Positions 29,839 to 41,910 are shown, numbered from the stretch's first letter. The stretch: DNA of 64,000 bases from Candidatus Eiseniibacteriota bacterium (GCA_963762255.1 CAVXKA010000002.1:928001-992000), one strand, 5' to 3'. The notes: generated by a model from the sequence alone, not told the origin. Numbers and translations: made by a program.

Positions 29839-30441
29839 GTGAAGATCTACACACGGTCGGGAGATCGCGGCGAGACCGCGCTGTTCGGCGGCGGCCGCGT
29901 GATGAAGGACAACGATCGCATCGAGGCCTACGGCACGACGGACGAGCTGACCGCCTATCTTGGGTGGATTCGCAGCTGCACTCCGCACCGTGATCTCGAG
30001 GAGATCCTGCGCGAGGCGCAGAAGGCGCTCTTCGACATCGGCGCGCACCTCGCTACGCCGCCGGAAGCGCTGAAGGCGTGCGCGGTGCTCCCGCCACTCC
30101 GCCCGGAGCGAGTGGCCGAGCTGGAAGCTGCCATCGACAAGCTGGAAGGCGAGCTCGAGCCGCTCACTTCGTTCATCCTGCCGGGCGGCACCGAGGAGAG
30201 CGCGCTCTTCCACGTCGCGCGCTCGGTGTGTCGGCGCGCGGAACGGGTGGTCGTGGCGATGCGCATCGACGAGATGCTTCCGCTCCCCGAACCCGGCCTC
30301 GCCTACCTCAATCGCCTCTCCGATCTCCTTTTCGTCATGGCCCGCGTGGTGAACCGGCGGGCGGGAGCGGCCGACGAGCTCTGGATCCCGGAGCGGCCGG
30401 ACGGTGCCGAGACGCCCCCGCTCCCGGGCGGGGGCGTGTAA
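29839..30441 (+). CDS. PduO-type cob(I)alamin adenosyltransferase
   Basis: KIYTRSGDRGET, EAYGTTDE, FILPGG, CRRAER, LNRLSDLLF; GTG start. Confidence 0.9.
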   Translation: MKIYTRSGDRGETALFGGGRVMKDNDRIEAYGTTDELTAYLGWIRSCTPHRDLEEILREAQKALFDIGAHLATPPEALKACAVLPPLRPERVAELEAAIDKLEGELEPLTSFILPGGTEESALFHVARSVCRRAERVVVAMRIDEMLPLPEPGLAYLNRLSDLLFVMARVVNRRAGAADELWIPERPDGAETPPLPGGGV

Positions 30442-30447
30442 TCGATC

Positions 30448-31464
30448 ATGCGTGAGTTCTATCCCCTGCCGCAGATCATGCAACGCGCGGTACTCGAGCG
30501 AAACGGCCGCTTCCGCCTGGAGACGGTGCCGCTGCCCGAGCTTGAATCGGGCGATCTCCTCTTTCGATTGCTGTCCGCCGGCATTGGCCCAGCCGACCTC
30601 GACCTCACGCTCAACGTCGGACGCACGCCTTCGGCGCTGCCGGTGACGGAGATCGCTGCGGCGGGCGAAGGCGTCTCCGGGTGGAATCCGCTCGATCGCG
30701 CGCTTCTGCTCGCGCCGCTGCTTGCGGTCGGCGGTGCGCCCTTCGAAGGCCTGGCGGAATTTGTACGAGTGCCGGCAGGAGCAGTGCACGGCGGCGGCGT
30801 CATCAAGCTTCCTATGGAGATCCCCGCCGACGATGCGACGCTCATCCCCGCGGCGGCGATGGCCGCGCGGGTGCTGCACGAGACGCGCTCGTCGAATGCA
30901 GCGGGGCTCCTGGTGCTGGGGCTCGGGCTCGCGGGCCAGGCGCTCATCCGCATGGCGCGCCATCAGGGCGTGCGTGCGGTGGTGGCCGTGGACACGTCGG
31001 CCACGCTTCGCGAGCGCGCGTCGTGGAGCGGCGCGACGCATGTCGTGCGCGTCCCCGAGGAACAGGTGCGCGCGGCGGTGATGGATGCGACGGGCGGAGC
31101 AGGAGTCCAGGCGGCGGTGATCCTCACCGGGGATCCGTCGTACGCGCCGGAGGCGCTGCAGTCCCTGGCGCCGCGCGGCACACTGATCCTCGGTGCGCCC
31201 TTCCCGGCGTCCTTCCTCTTCGCGGTGCCGGGCACGCTCGTGCAGCGTCGCGAGCTGCGCATCATCGGGGTGAGCGGCTTCGAGACACGCGACGTGCGTG
31301 ACGCGATGCAGGCGTTGCGGCTGGGGATCGTCAACGCGGAGACGCTCGTCTCCAAGCATGTCGCGTGGTCGGAACTCCCCTCGATGGAGCTGGAGCCCGG
31401 CTACTGGTCGCACGGCACTCACGTCGTGGTGGAAGGCCCCGAGGACCTGGCGCCGGAGAGCTAG
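30448..31464 (+). CDS. Medium-chain dehydrogenase/reductase-like protein lacking canonical Zn ligands
   Basis: GroES-like N-terminus, GLGLAG Rossmann motif; GIGPAD where GICxSD is expected; no GHE motif; no Cys in the translation. Confidence 0.65.
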   Translation: MREFYPLPQIMQRAVLERNGRFRLETVPLPELESGDLLFRLLSAGIGPADLDLTLNVGRTPSALPVTEIAAAGEGVSGWNPLDRALLLAPLLAVGGAPFEGLAEFVRVPAGAVHGGGVIKLPMEIPADDATLIPAAAMAARVLHETRSSNAAGLLVLGLGLAGQALIRMARHQGVRAVVAVDTSATLRERASWSGATHVVRVPEEQVRAAVMDATGGAGVQAAVILTGDPSYAPEALQSLAPRGTLILGAPFPASFLFAVPGTLVQRRELRIIGVSGFETRDVRDAMQALRLGIVNAETLVSKHVAWSELPSMELEPGYWSHGTHVVVEGPEDLAPES

Positions 31465-31552
31465 CCACCCGCCCCGCCGCTGCAGCACCTGACCAATAGT
31501 GTCATGTGTAGGGTGATTCCTCCCAACACGGCTTCCCGAACGAAATGCGCCT

Positions 31553-31582
31553 TTGACTTTGCCTACTGATTGGGCATAAAGT
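31553..31582 (+). promoter_or_regulatory. Putative sigma70 promoter of the lipoprotein pair
   Basis: TTGACT - 18 bp - TAAAGT in an AT-rich patch; AGGAGG RBS downstream. Confidence 0.45.
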
Positions 31583-31626
31583 AATTGTAAGTCCTCCCCT
31601 CGACTGGCGCCTGAAGGAGGTTGCCG

Positions 31627-33654
31627 ATGTCGAGAACCCTCGGTCCGGCCGCGCGGTCGTTCGCGATTGCGTCTCTGGTGTTTCTTGCCCTCTTCGGTTT
31701 CGGCTGCGGCTCCGGCCATGGCCCACGAGGCGAAAACCAGCTCCCCACGGCACAACTCACCGCCGGCCCCGTCGAAGGCGATACTACGAGCTACGAGGTG
31801 CGCCTGTTCTGGACGGGCAACGATCCGGACGGGTTCGTCAGCGCCTACGAGATCGCGGTCGACCCTCCGGATGAGCTTTCAACCGCGGAATGGGAGCGGA
31901 CGACCGAGTTCAGCCGACTCTTCCGGTTCTCCACCTCTGAGGCCGAGTCCGCGGGAAGCGTGACGTCGAAGCTGGCCACCGGCCGTTTCCTCGGCATGCA
32001 CGCGGTCTATGTGCGCGCGGTCGACGACGAGGGCGCGGTCTCCGCGCCCGCCCACATAGCGGTCACCGCACGAAGCATAGCCCCGGTCACGACCATCACC
32101 GGGCCGAACATCCAATCCACCATCCTCCGTATCGGGCCCGCGCTTCGAGTGTCCTGGCGCGGCGAAGACCTGGATCCTGCCGGGGCGGGCCCTCTTCGGT
32201 ACGAGTACAAGCTCATCGACCTGACCGAGCTCGTGCCGCGGGTCCACCTCCTTAGTGTCGTGGATCCGTACATGATCTTGTTGCGTGCAGTGGGCCTGCC
32301 CTGGGTTTCGGTGGACGACTCCCTCTCGGTGCGCTTGAGACTCGTCGTCCCCTCTCAGTACGTCTTCGCCGTGCGGGCCATCAACGCGGCGGGCGCGACC
32401 GAGCCGTTCTTCGATTGGGGCCGAAACGCCTTCAAGTTCGAGACGCTTTCCGGTGCGGGCTCGCCGCGGCTTACCGTCACGAGCGAGTTGGGCACGTACA
32501 CGTGGGACGGCTCGATGACGCATTACGTGACCTATGAAATGTTCCTGGACGCACCGATCCACTTCGTGGTGAGCGCGACGGCTGAAGCGTACGGAGAGGA
32601 CATTGCCGGCTGGCGATGGGGTGTCGATCTGGCCGACGTCGAGAGCGAGGAGGGATGGTCCCCTTGGACCACCGACCCGGACCTGTCCCTTCCCTCCTTC
32701 GCTCACCCGGGCGTCCACGCCCTCTACATTGAGGCTCGTGATGCCGTCGGCGGGGTGACCCTGGCCACCCTGATCCTCAATGTGATCGAAGCCACGATGG
32801 ATCGCCCCGTCCTCTGGGTGGACGATGCCCGGGACACGACGTTCCCGATCGACGCGCAGCAGGATGCGTTCTGGCTGTCCCTGTTTCAGGACTCCGGTCG
32901 GTTCAACATGGAGACCGAGTTCTTCAAGTTCGAGGTCTACGGTGCGGGCGACGTCTTCAGCCCGACACCGATGCCTCCCACGCTGGAGCAGTTGGGGCGC
33001 TACAAGACGATCGTCTGGGAATGCACTGGGGGTGGCTACGACAGCCAGAGCGGGCTCCTCTACGTCTCGACTTTGAATCGGCAGCTTGGCGTCTACCTGC
33101 TGGCGGGCGGACAACTCTGGGTGGACGGCACGCTCACGGTTCCGGCGATGCTGCCATCGCAGGTCTCCATCCATTCCGACTTCAACTACCCCAAGAACGT
33201 GGCAGCCGAACCGAGCAGCTTCGCCTATCACTTCATGAAGCTGGCTTCGAGCCGCATCATGAACGCCAAGGGCGCGGTTCCGAACGACAACATGATTGGG
33301 GTGAAACCCTTCCCGGGCAGCACCGCCATCTACCCGCAGATGGACCAGGACTCGAACAAGATCAACCCCTTCAAGGCCTCGATCAGCCACTGCGACGCCA
33401 TTTACGACCCGATCTACCTCCAGGACTCCGGGCTCGCGGGCGTCCTCGACTCGCTCTACGTCTATCAGGCCAAGAGCGCGATCAGTTCCTATCAGAACAA
33501 GCTCAACGCAGTCCGCTGGCACGATCCCGATCCGGCGCGCGAGCACGGCCGCACCCAGTGGTTCGGCTTCCCCCTCTACTACATGAAGAAGGACCAGGCC
33601 CAGGAGACCTTCAACCGGGCGATCGACTGGTTCCGGGAGGAGATGAGGCCTTAG
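31627..33654 (+). CDS. Large hypothetical lipoprotein (paralog 1)
   Basis: Lipobox-like GFGC; repeated W.G.D.D and VRAVD/VRAIN beta-sandwich motifs; C-terminal WFGFPLYYM; start could be TTG 31621. Confidence 0.8.
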   Translation: MSRTLGPAARSFAIASLVFLALFGFGCGSGHGPRGENQLPTAQLTAGPVEGDTTSYEVRLFWTGNDPDGFVSAYEIAVDPPDELSTAEWERTTEFSRLFRFSTSEAESAGSVTSKLATGRFLGMHAVYVRAVDDEGAVSAPAHIAVTARSIAPVTTITGPNIQSTILRIGPALRVSWRGEDLDPAGAGPLRYEYKLIDLTELVPRVHLLSVVDPYMILLRAVGLPWVSVDDSLSVRLRLVVPSQYVFAVRAINAAGATEPFFDWGRNAFKFETLSGAGSPRLTVTSELGTYTWDGSMTHYVTYEMFLDAPIHFVVSATAEAYGEDIAGWRWGVDLADVESEEGWSPWTTDPDLSLPSFAHPGVHALYIEARDAVGGVTLATLILNVIEATMDRPVLWVDDARDTTFPIDAQQDAFWLSLFQDSGRFNMETEFFKFEVYGAGDVFSPTPMPPTLEQLGRYKTIVWECTGGGYDSQSGLLYVSTLNRQLGVYLLAGGQLWVDGTLTVPAMLPSQVSIHSDFNYPKNVAAEPSSFAYHFMKLASSRIMNAKGAVPNDNMIGVKPFPGSTAIYPQMDQDSNKINPFKASISHCDAIYDPIYLQDSGLAGVLDSLYVYQAKSAISSYQNKLNAVRWHDPDPAREHGRTQWFGFPLYYMKKDQAQETFNRAIDWFREEMRP

Positions 33655-33836
33655 AGACGCGCAGGCCCCACACGAGCGGCGCGCGATTCCCCCTCCCGGC
33701 CCGGCCTGCTAGACTCCTTGCACTCCGCGCAGGGCCGGGCCTTGGACCCCCTGGGCCCGCGGGGTATCGATCCACCAGGGCTTGCCGGAATTGCATGAAC
33801 TTCGTCCTCAGATCCCAACGATCCCCGGGCCGCTCC

Positions 33837-36011
33837 ATGCGTGCCTTGCGAGCGCTGCTCGCCGGACTCCTGCTGACCTCGATCGCCGGATGCAGCGACC
33901 ACCCGGAGGACCACCCCACCGCCAACCAGCTTCCCTTGGTGCGCATCACCGGCGGGCCGCTCGAGGGCACGAAGGCCGCCTACACCGCAAGGGTCTACTG
34001 GACGGGTTGGGACAACGACGGCGTCGTCACGAACTATGAATACGCCATCGATCCCCCTCAGGCCTTTACGTTAGAGGAGATCAGCCACCCGGAGCTGTTC
34101 CCCGACATCAAGATCAGGATGATTCCCGGTCCGGCGCTTGGGCTCGACACGCTGCGCGTGTCCAAGACGGTGGACGGAACCGTCCATTCCTTCCGTTGGA
34201 TCCAGACCACAGCCTACAGTCGCTCCTTCGAATTCATGACCCCCGACGCGGATTCCTTGAGCGCCGGTTCGAAGAGGGTCCCCGACACATCGTTCTCGGG
34301 CTTCCACGTGGTCTACGTGCGCGCACGCGACGACGACGGCGATTACGCAGCCCAGGCCGAGCTCCTGGCGTACATCGCGAAGACGTTCGTGCCCGAGTCG
34401 CTCATCACACGGCCGCTCATCAGCGCCAACGTCCTTCCGGTCGGAAGCACGATCACCGTGCACTGGGACGGGCTCGACGCCGACTCGCCCGATCCGAACA
34501 AGAAGCCTGTCGGCTATATCCATCGACTGCTCAACCTCGAAAGTCTTCAACCGACGCCATCCCTGCTGCACGTGCAGGCCTCGGTGCTCTTCAACCCGGC
34601 GGGCCGAGAGAGCACCTGGACCTATCAGAGCGCGGACACGTTGAGCCGCACCTTCTACCTGAACACCAAGGACCGCTATGTGTTCGGGGTGCGCGCGGTG
34701 GATGTGGCCGGAGCGATCGAGCCGTTCCTCGACTACGGGCGAAACGCGTTCAAGTTCCAGTCGTTCGCGGGAGGCGGAAACCCGCGCCTGACGGTCACCG
34801 AACCCTCGTTGGGGACCTTCGAGTTTCGCGGCTCCGGAACCGCCTACGACGTAGAGGTTCCATTTGGCGCGTCGCTCCGCTTCACGTGGAGCGCCTCCGC
34901 CGAGGACTACGGCGGCACCATCGAGGGGTTCAGCTACGGGGTGGACATCCCCGACCTCGACCGCGAGGGACCCACCTCGGGCTGGAGCGGGTGGGGATTG
35001 TTCTACGCCAACTTCCAGCCCATCGTGTTCCGCACATCCGGCGTGCACGTGTTCTACGTGAGGGCGCGGGACGTGTCGGGAAGCGTCACGCTGGGCATCC
35101 TCGTCATCAACGTGCTGGAGTTCCCATTGGACCGGGAGATCCTCATGGTGGACGACTCTCTCGACCGGACCCATCCGGACGATGTGGAGCATGACGCCTT
35201 CTGGACCTCGCTCTTCGACGACTCGGGTCGGTTCGGGGAAACGGGGCACTTCGATCACGCCGTGCACGGAGCCAACGATACGTACTCGGCGGCCCCCATC
35301 CCGCCCCGACTGAGCGACCTGGGCCGCTACCAGACCGTCATCTGGGCCTGCACCGGGAGCGGTTACAACGGCCAGAGCGGCCTCTTCTCCACGACCGTGT
35401 TCAAGAAGCACCTCGGCGCGTATCTGCGGGCGGGAGGCAAGCTGTGGCTGACCGGCACGATGACCGTCGCCGCATCGATGCCCTCCGTCACCGGGACCAA
35501 CGCCGACCTGGTGTACCCCAAATCCCCCGATCGCGGCACGTTCCCGTTCGACTTCCTCAAGCTGTATTCCACCAAGATCGACAACGACAGGGGCACGCGC
35601 AAGAACAACAACTTGATCGGCGTGAGCCCGTTCCCCGGGAAACCGGAGATCTACCCCCCGATGGATTCGGACGGGGTGAAGGTCGGGACATACAAGAGCG
35701 GAATCAGTCACAGCGACGCAGTATTCGACCCCATCTACGGCCAGGACCAAGACGACTTCAGCGGCAAGATCGACTCGCTCTACGTCTACCTGTCCTATGT
35801 GCCCAACACGACATACAACAGGAAGCTCAACGCCATCCGGTGGCACGACCCCGATCCGGCGCGCAGACAGGGGCGCACGCAATGGTTCGGGTTCCCTCTA
35901 TACTTTATGAAGAAGGAACAAGCGCAGATCGTCTTCAATCGGTCGATCGACTGGTTCCGCGAGGAGCAGCGATTCGAGCCTAACGAGATGCCGGCGTCGC
36001 CGTCTCGTTAG
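33837..36011 (+). CDS. Large hypothetical lipoprotein (paralog 2)
   Basis: Lipobox IAGC; colinear similarity to 31627-33654 (GRNAFKF, LGRYxT, KLNAxRWHDPDPA, GRTQWFGFPLY). Confidence 0.8.
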   Translation: MRALRALLAGLLLTSIAGCSDHPEDHPTANQLPLVRITGGPLEGTKAAYTARVYWTGWDNDGVVTNYEYAIDPPQAFTLEEISHPELFPDIKIRMIPGPALGLDTLRVSKTVDGTVHSFRWIQTTAYSRSFEFMTPDADSLSAGSKRVPDTSFSGFHVVYVRARDDDGDYAAQAELLAYIAKTFVPESLITRPLISANVLPVGSTITVHWDGLDADSPDPNKKPVGYIHRLLNLESLQPTPSLLHVQASVLFNPAGRESTWTYQSADTLSRTFYLNTKDRYVFGVRAVDVAGAIEPFLDYGRNAFKFQSFAGGGNPRLTVTEPSLGTFEFRGSGTAYDVEVPFGASLRFTWSASAEDYGGTIEGFSYGVDIPDLDREGPTSGWSGWGLFYANFQPIVFRTSGVHVFYVRARDVSGSVTLGILVINVLEFPLDREILMVDDSLDRTHPDDVEHDAFWTSLFDDSGRFGETGHFDHAVHGANDTYSAAPIPPRLSDLGRYQTVIWACTGSGYNGQSGLFSTTVFKKHLGAYLRAGGKLWLTGTMTVAASMPSVTGTNADLVYPKSPDRGTFPFDFLKLYSTKIDNDRGTRKNNNLIGVSPFPGKPEIYPPMDSDGVKVGTYKSGISHSDAVFDPIYGQDQDDFSGKIDSLYVYLSYVPNTTYNRKLNAIRWHDPDPARRQGRTQWFGFPLYFMKKEQAQIVFNRSIDWFREEQRFEPNEMPASPSR

Positions 36012-37987
36012 GCTCGCAGATACTTCTCCAGCCACCCGAGTACATTGTCCCACCACACCCGGCGGTTCTTGGGCTTCAGAACCCAGTGCCCCTCGTCGGG
36101 GAAGTAGAGGAATCGCGAGGGCACTCCGCGGCGCTGAAGCGCGGTAAACATGGTGAGCCCCTCGCTCACAGGGCAACGGAAGTCCTGTTCGCCCTGCACG
36201 ACCAGGGTCGGGGTGCGCATGCTCCCCACGTGCAGATGCGGCGACCACTTGCGGTACTCCTCGGGTCGCTCCCACGGCGCGCCGAAGAACTCCCACTCCG
36301 TGAACCAGAGCTCGTCGGTCGCGTAGTCCATCATCTCGGTGTTGAAGATGCCGTCGTGGCTGATCAGGCAGCGGAAGCGGTCGGTGTGGCCGGCGATCCA
36401 ATTCACCATGTACCCGCCGAAGCTCCCGCCGGCGGCGGCGGTCCGCTCTCCGTCGCAGTAATCGTAGGACGCGAGGACGTGGTTGAATCCGCGCTCGAGG
36501 TCCTCGTAGCAGGCCCCGCCCCATTCGCCGCGGATGGCGTCGGTGAAGGCCTGTCCGTAGCTGGTGCTCCCGCGGAAGTTGATCATCACCACGACATAGC
36601 CGGGAGAGGCGAAGAGCTGGGAGTTCCACCGCTCGTGGAAGTCGAGCCCGAACATCCCCTGAGGACCGCCGTGGATCAGGAAGACCACGGGGTACTTGAG
36701 TCCCTTTTCGAATCCCGGGGGCTTGATCAGGAAGCCGTGTACGCGGGCCCCTTGTGCCCCCTCGAACCAGAAGTCCTCAGCGGGCCCGAGATCGAGTTCG
36801 GACAGAAGTTCGCGGTTGAGCGCCGTGAGTGCGACGGCGTCGCCCCCGCGGGCGGCTACCCGGTGGATCTCGGGAGGGCCGTCGGCCCCTTCGCGGCCGA
36901 ACACGAGCCAGGCCCCGTCCGGGCTGATCGCGGGATCGTGATCCGTGGGTCCGTCGGTGAGGGGTCGCGGCGCTCCTCCGTCCGCATCCACCGCGAAGAG
37001 CCGGGTGCGGCCATCGTCCTGTGCGGAGAAGTAAAGGTGCTTTCCGTCGGGACTCCAGACCGTCGGCCCCGCCGAGCGGTCGAAGTCGGGCGCCACCTCG
37101 CGCACCTTCCCCGTGCGCCGATCGAAGACGAGGATCTCGCGCTTGTCCGCCTCGTAGCCGGCCCGGCGCATGCCGAGGTAGGCGATCTGCGCTCCGTCGG
37201 GCGAGTAGACCGGAAACGCGTTGCCGCCATCCCACGGGCTGATCCGCTTCGGCTCGCCACCGGAGACCGGGATGGTCCACAGGTGAGCGCTGGTCGACAG
37301 TGCCTGCGCGTCGTCGCGAAGCGAGACGAAGCAGATCTCCTTGCCGTCCGGTGACACGGCGTAGTCCGGTTCGCCGGTCAACGAGCGCGGCGGCACCGGG
37401 TAGGGCCCGGGGGTAAGATCCCGCGCCGCGCCGGTCCCGAGATCGACCGCGAACAGGTGATCGATCTTTCCCTCGCCCCAGGAATCCCAGTGGCGAAACA
37501 TGAGCGCGTCGATCTCGCGCGGCCGGACTTTCTCCTTCTCGGCCGCCGCTTCCCGCTTGGCGATTTCATCGGGGTCGTTGGTGTCGGCGTAGACGGAGGA
37601 GATCACCAGCAACCGCTTCCCATCGGGGAACCACATCGGACGCTGCGCACCGAGCTTGATATCTGTGACTTTGCGGGCCTCGCCACCCTCGGTGGGAAGA
37701 ACCCACACCTGCGACGTGCCGCTCCGGTTCGATGTGAAGGCGATCCACCGGCCATCGGGCGAGAACGCGTGGTCGCCGTTCGAAGTGCCCTGCCGCGTGA
37801 GCTGCACCGGCTCCCCGCCGGCCAGCGGCATCCGGTGGAGGTGACTCACGTTCCGGTTCTCTTCCAGGCTCGGCTTCGAAACGACGAACACCACCGACGT
37901 CCCGTCCGGAGATACCCGTGGCCGGCTCGCACGGTGCATCGACAAGAGATCCGCGACCTGCATCGGCCGCTTGCGGTTTGCGTTCAC
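36008..37987 (-). CDS. S9 family peptidase with PD40 beta-propeller
   Basis: SPDG repeats, IHGGPQ, GGSFGG nucleophile motif, QDFRCP, DEGHW. Confidence 0.92.
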   Translation of the reverse strand: MNANRKRPMQVADLLSMHRASRPRVSPDGTSVVFVVSKPSLEENRNVSHLHRMPLAGGEPVQLTRQGTSNGDHAFSPDGRWIAFTSNRSGTSQVWVLPTEGGEARKVTDIKLGAQRPMWFPDGKRLLVISSVYADTNDPDEIAKREAAAEKEKVRPREIDALMFRHWDSWGEGKIDHLFAVDLGTGAARDLTPGPYPVPPRSLTGEPDYAVSPDGKEICFVSLRDDAQALSTSAHLWTIPVSGGEPKRISPWDGGNAFPVYSPDGAQIAYLGMRRAGYEADKREILVFDRRTGKVREVAPDFDRSAGPTVWSPDGKHLYFSAQDDGRTRLFAVDADGGAPRPLTDGPTDHDPAISPDGAWLVFGREGADGPPEIHRVAARGGDAVALTALNRELLSELDLGPAEDFWFEGAQGARVHGFLIKPPGFEKGLKYPVVFLIHGGPQGMFGLDFHERWNSQLFASPGYVVVMINFRGSTSYGQAFTDAIRGEWGGACYEDLERGFNHVLASYDYCDGERTAAAGGSFGGYMVNWIAGHTDRFRCLISHDGIFNTEMMDYATDELWFTEWEFFGAPWERPEEYRKWSPHLHVGSMRTPTLVVQGEQDFRCPVSEGLTMFTALQRRGVPSRFLYFPDEGHWVLKPKNRRVWWDNVLGWLEKYLRA

Positions 37988-38014
37988 GTCATACTCCCGC
38001 CGGTTTCCCGGCTC

Positions 38015-39075
<1,061 letters not shown>

Positions 39076-39079
<4 letters not shown>

Positions 39080-40944
39080 GAGCGCCCGGTCTCCGTGAGT
39101 TGCTGAATCCTCTCGATGATCTCATCCACCGTGAACGGCTTCCCCTGCACCTTGCCGAAGGCGATCGCGTCCACGAGGTACTTTCCGCGCAGCAGGAAGG
39201 CGAGCTGACCGGTGTTCATCTCCGGCACGAGCACCGTGCGAAAACGACCGAGCGCTTCCCCGAGATCGCGGGGAAGCGGGTTCAGGTACCGCAAGTGAAG
39301 GTGACCCACCGAGAGTCCGCGCGAGACCGCCTCCTCCGCCGCGCCGCGCAGCGCGCCGAAGGTGCCGCCCCACCCTACCATCAGCACCTCTCCGCTCTGC
39401 TCGCCGTAGATCTCCACCGGCGGGATCTCTTCCGCCACGCGCTCCACCTTCTCCGCCCGCAGACGGATCATATGCTCGTGGTTCTCGGCGTCGTAGGAGA
39501 TGGTGCCGGTTCCGTCCTGCTTCTCCAGCCCGCCGATCCGATGCTCCAACCCCGCGGTTCCGGGTCGAGCCCAGTTGCGCGCCAGGGTCCCGGGGTCGCG
39601 GCCGTAGGGCAGGAACGGCTCTCCATCCGTGGGCGGCGCCGCGAACCTCACCTTGATCTCGGGCAAATCCTCCGCACGGGGAATGCGGAACGGCTCCGAG
39701 CCGGTGGCGATGTATCCGTCGGTGAGCAGCACGACCGGGGTCATGTACTTGAGTGCGATACGCGCGGCCTCGAACGCCATCCAGAAGCAGTCCCCGGCGG
39801 TGGCGGCGGCGAGCACCGGGAGCGGGGACTCGCCGTGCCGTCCGTAGAGTGCCTGGAAGAGGTCGGCCTGCTCCGGCTTCGTCGGGAGCCCCGTCGAAGG
39901 CCCACCTCGCTGGATGTTGACGACAACGAGCGGCAGCTCGGTCATGACCGCAAGGCCGAGCGCTTCGCCCTTGAGCGCCATGCCGGGACCGCTGGTCGTG
40001 GTCACCGCCAGCGCTCCCGCGAAGGCGGCGCCGATCGACGAGGTGATCGCCGCGATCTCGTCCTCGGCCTGAAACGTCACCACCTCGTAGTTCTTGTAAC
40101 GGCTCAGTTCGTGCAGCACGTCGCTGGCCGGGGTGATCGGGTAGGAGCCCTGGAACAGGGTGAGCCCCGCGCGCTGCGCCGCGCAGATGAGGCCCAGCGC
40201 CAGCGCTCCGTTCCCGGAGATGCTCCGGTACCAGCCTGGATCGAGCGGGGCCGGCGGCACCTCGTAGGTGGACTGGAAGAGTTCGGAGGCCCGCGCGAAC
40301 TCGGTGCCCCCCTTCAGCGCGAGCAGGTTTGCTTCCACCAGATCGGGACGCGCCGCGAACTTGCTCTCGATCCACTTCACCGTGGTCTCCGGCGAGCGGC
40401 TGTAGAGCCAGTACATGATCCCCAGTGCGAAGAAGTTCTTGCAGCGATCCTTCTCCTTGGGCGTGAGCTGCGTGCTCTCCAGCGACTTGCGGGTCAGCTC
40501 GGTGAGCGGCGCGGCCACCACGCGGAAGGCGTCGAGCGTGTGATCCTCGAGCGGGTTCGTCGTGTAGCCCACGCGCTCGAGATTGCGCTGCGTGAAGGCA
40601 TCGAGGTTGAGGATCAGGATCCCGTTCGGGCGCAACTCCGCGATGTTCAAGCGCAGCGCGGCGGGGTTCATGGCCACCAGCACGTCGGGGCGCCCCCCCG
40701 GCGTGTGGATATCGTGGCTCGAAAAGCGGATCTGGAAACCGGAGACGCCGGGAAGCGTCCCCGCCGGGGCGCGAATCTCGGCGGGAAAATCGGGCAGCGT
40801 GGCGAGATCGTTGCCGGCAATGGCGGTGGTGGTCGAGAACTGGCTCCCGGTGAGCTGCATGCCGTCGCCGGAATCCCCGGCGAAGCGGATGACCACGTCG
40901 TCCAGTCGCTCCGGCTTCACGGCGTTTCGAGCTTTCGCGTCCAT
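39076..40944 (-). CDS. korA: 2-oxoacid:ferredoxin oxidoreductase alpha subunit
   Basis: RFAGDSGDGMQLTG, PAEIRAPAG, YPITPAS, QAEDEIA, QRGGPSTGLPTK. Confidence 0.92.
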
Positions 40945-40970
40945 GCAGGTGGTCCGTGGGTGGTTGGGGT

Positions 40971-41783
40971 TCAGCCGGCCAGGATGCGTTCGAGACGGCG
41001 GGCGTGGGCGCGCACCGAGGGATCGCCGTGCCCCGCGTAGTCCCGAACCACACGCAGGAGCCCGCGCTTCTGGCGCGCGGAACCGTGGCCGGAGTCGAAC
41101 CACAACTCTACCTGATGCTCGATCTGGCGTGCCACCGGCCGCGCCGCCGAGGCGCCGTCGTTGAGCCAGCGCGCCATCTCGTCCAGCGCGTATTCGGGGT
41201 GGCTCAGGTAGAGACCCTGGCCAAGGACATGACCGAGGAGCCGCCGCACGCGCACGTGCCGTTCGCCCCGCAGCACGCGCAGCACCTTGAGCGTGGAGCG
41301 AGGGTCGGTTCGCGCGGGCACCTCGAGGCCGTGCAGCGCGGCCCAGCGGCGCCAGGGATCCCGGTGGGCCAGCCAGGGCGACATCAGCCGGAACATGTCG
41401 CGGGGAGCGCGGCCCCACATCCAGTAGAGCTCCTCCATGATCGCGACCCAGGGGCGGCGCCCCGGGAGGGACGCTACGCGTCCCATTTCACGCACGAACG
41501 CGCGGGGGTCGTCGTCGTAAAGATAGGCCCGGGCATAGAGGACGGCGGTCCGCACTCCGAGCCGCCGGTCGTTCTCGTGATCGGCGATGAACTCGTCGGC
41601 TGCGGCTCGTCGGGACCGGCCGCATCGGGCGAGGGCGTAGCCGACGTCGTCAAGATGATCGAGATCCTCGCTCATGCAGAGACCCAACAGCCACCGCTTC
41701 GTTTCGGCTCGAGGCCAATCATCGAGACATTTCCAGACGGCGGTCTTGAGCGTCTTGCTTTCCGGACGGGCGCTCCTGCTCAC
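40971..41783 (-). CDS. Hypothetical helical-repeat protein (HEAT/AlkD-like)
   Basis: Repeated amphipathic helices such as WLAHRDPWRRWAA and GERHVRVRRLLGHVL; family assignment is weak. Confidence 0.5.
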   Translation of the reverse strand: MSRSARPESKTLKTAVWKCLDDWPRAETKRWLLGLCMSEDLDHLDDVGYALARCGRSRRAAADEFIADHENDRRLGVRTAVLYARAYLYDDDPRAFVREMGRVASLPGRRPWVAIMEELYWMWGRAPRDMFRLMSPWLAHRDPWRRWAALHGLEVPARTDPRSTLKVLRVLRGERHVRVRRLLGHVLGQGLYLSHPEYALDEMARWLNDGASAARPVARQIEHQVELWFDSGHGSARQKRGLLRVVRDYAGHGDPSVRAHARRLERILAG

Positions 41784-41910
41784 ACCCTTACTCCTTTGCG
41801 CGACACAAGGGGCCGCGCACGACCTTGGGCATGATAGAAAATGACCGCCGGGTGCGCCAGAGTATTTTGTGGTGCGGCGCGTGCTTGCCTTCGGTCGCGG
41901 ACTCGGCCGG

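Noticed and set aside
32701-32711. GCTCACCCGGG inside lipoprotein paralog 1
   Set aside because: Half-site only, encodes ordinary AHPG, no associated stem-loop; likely chance
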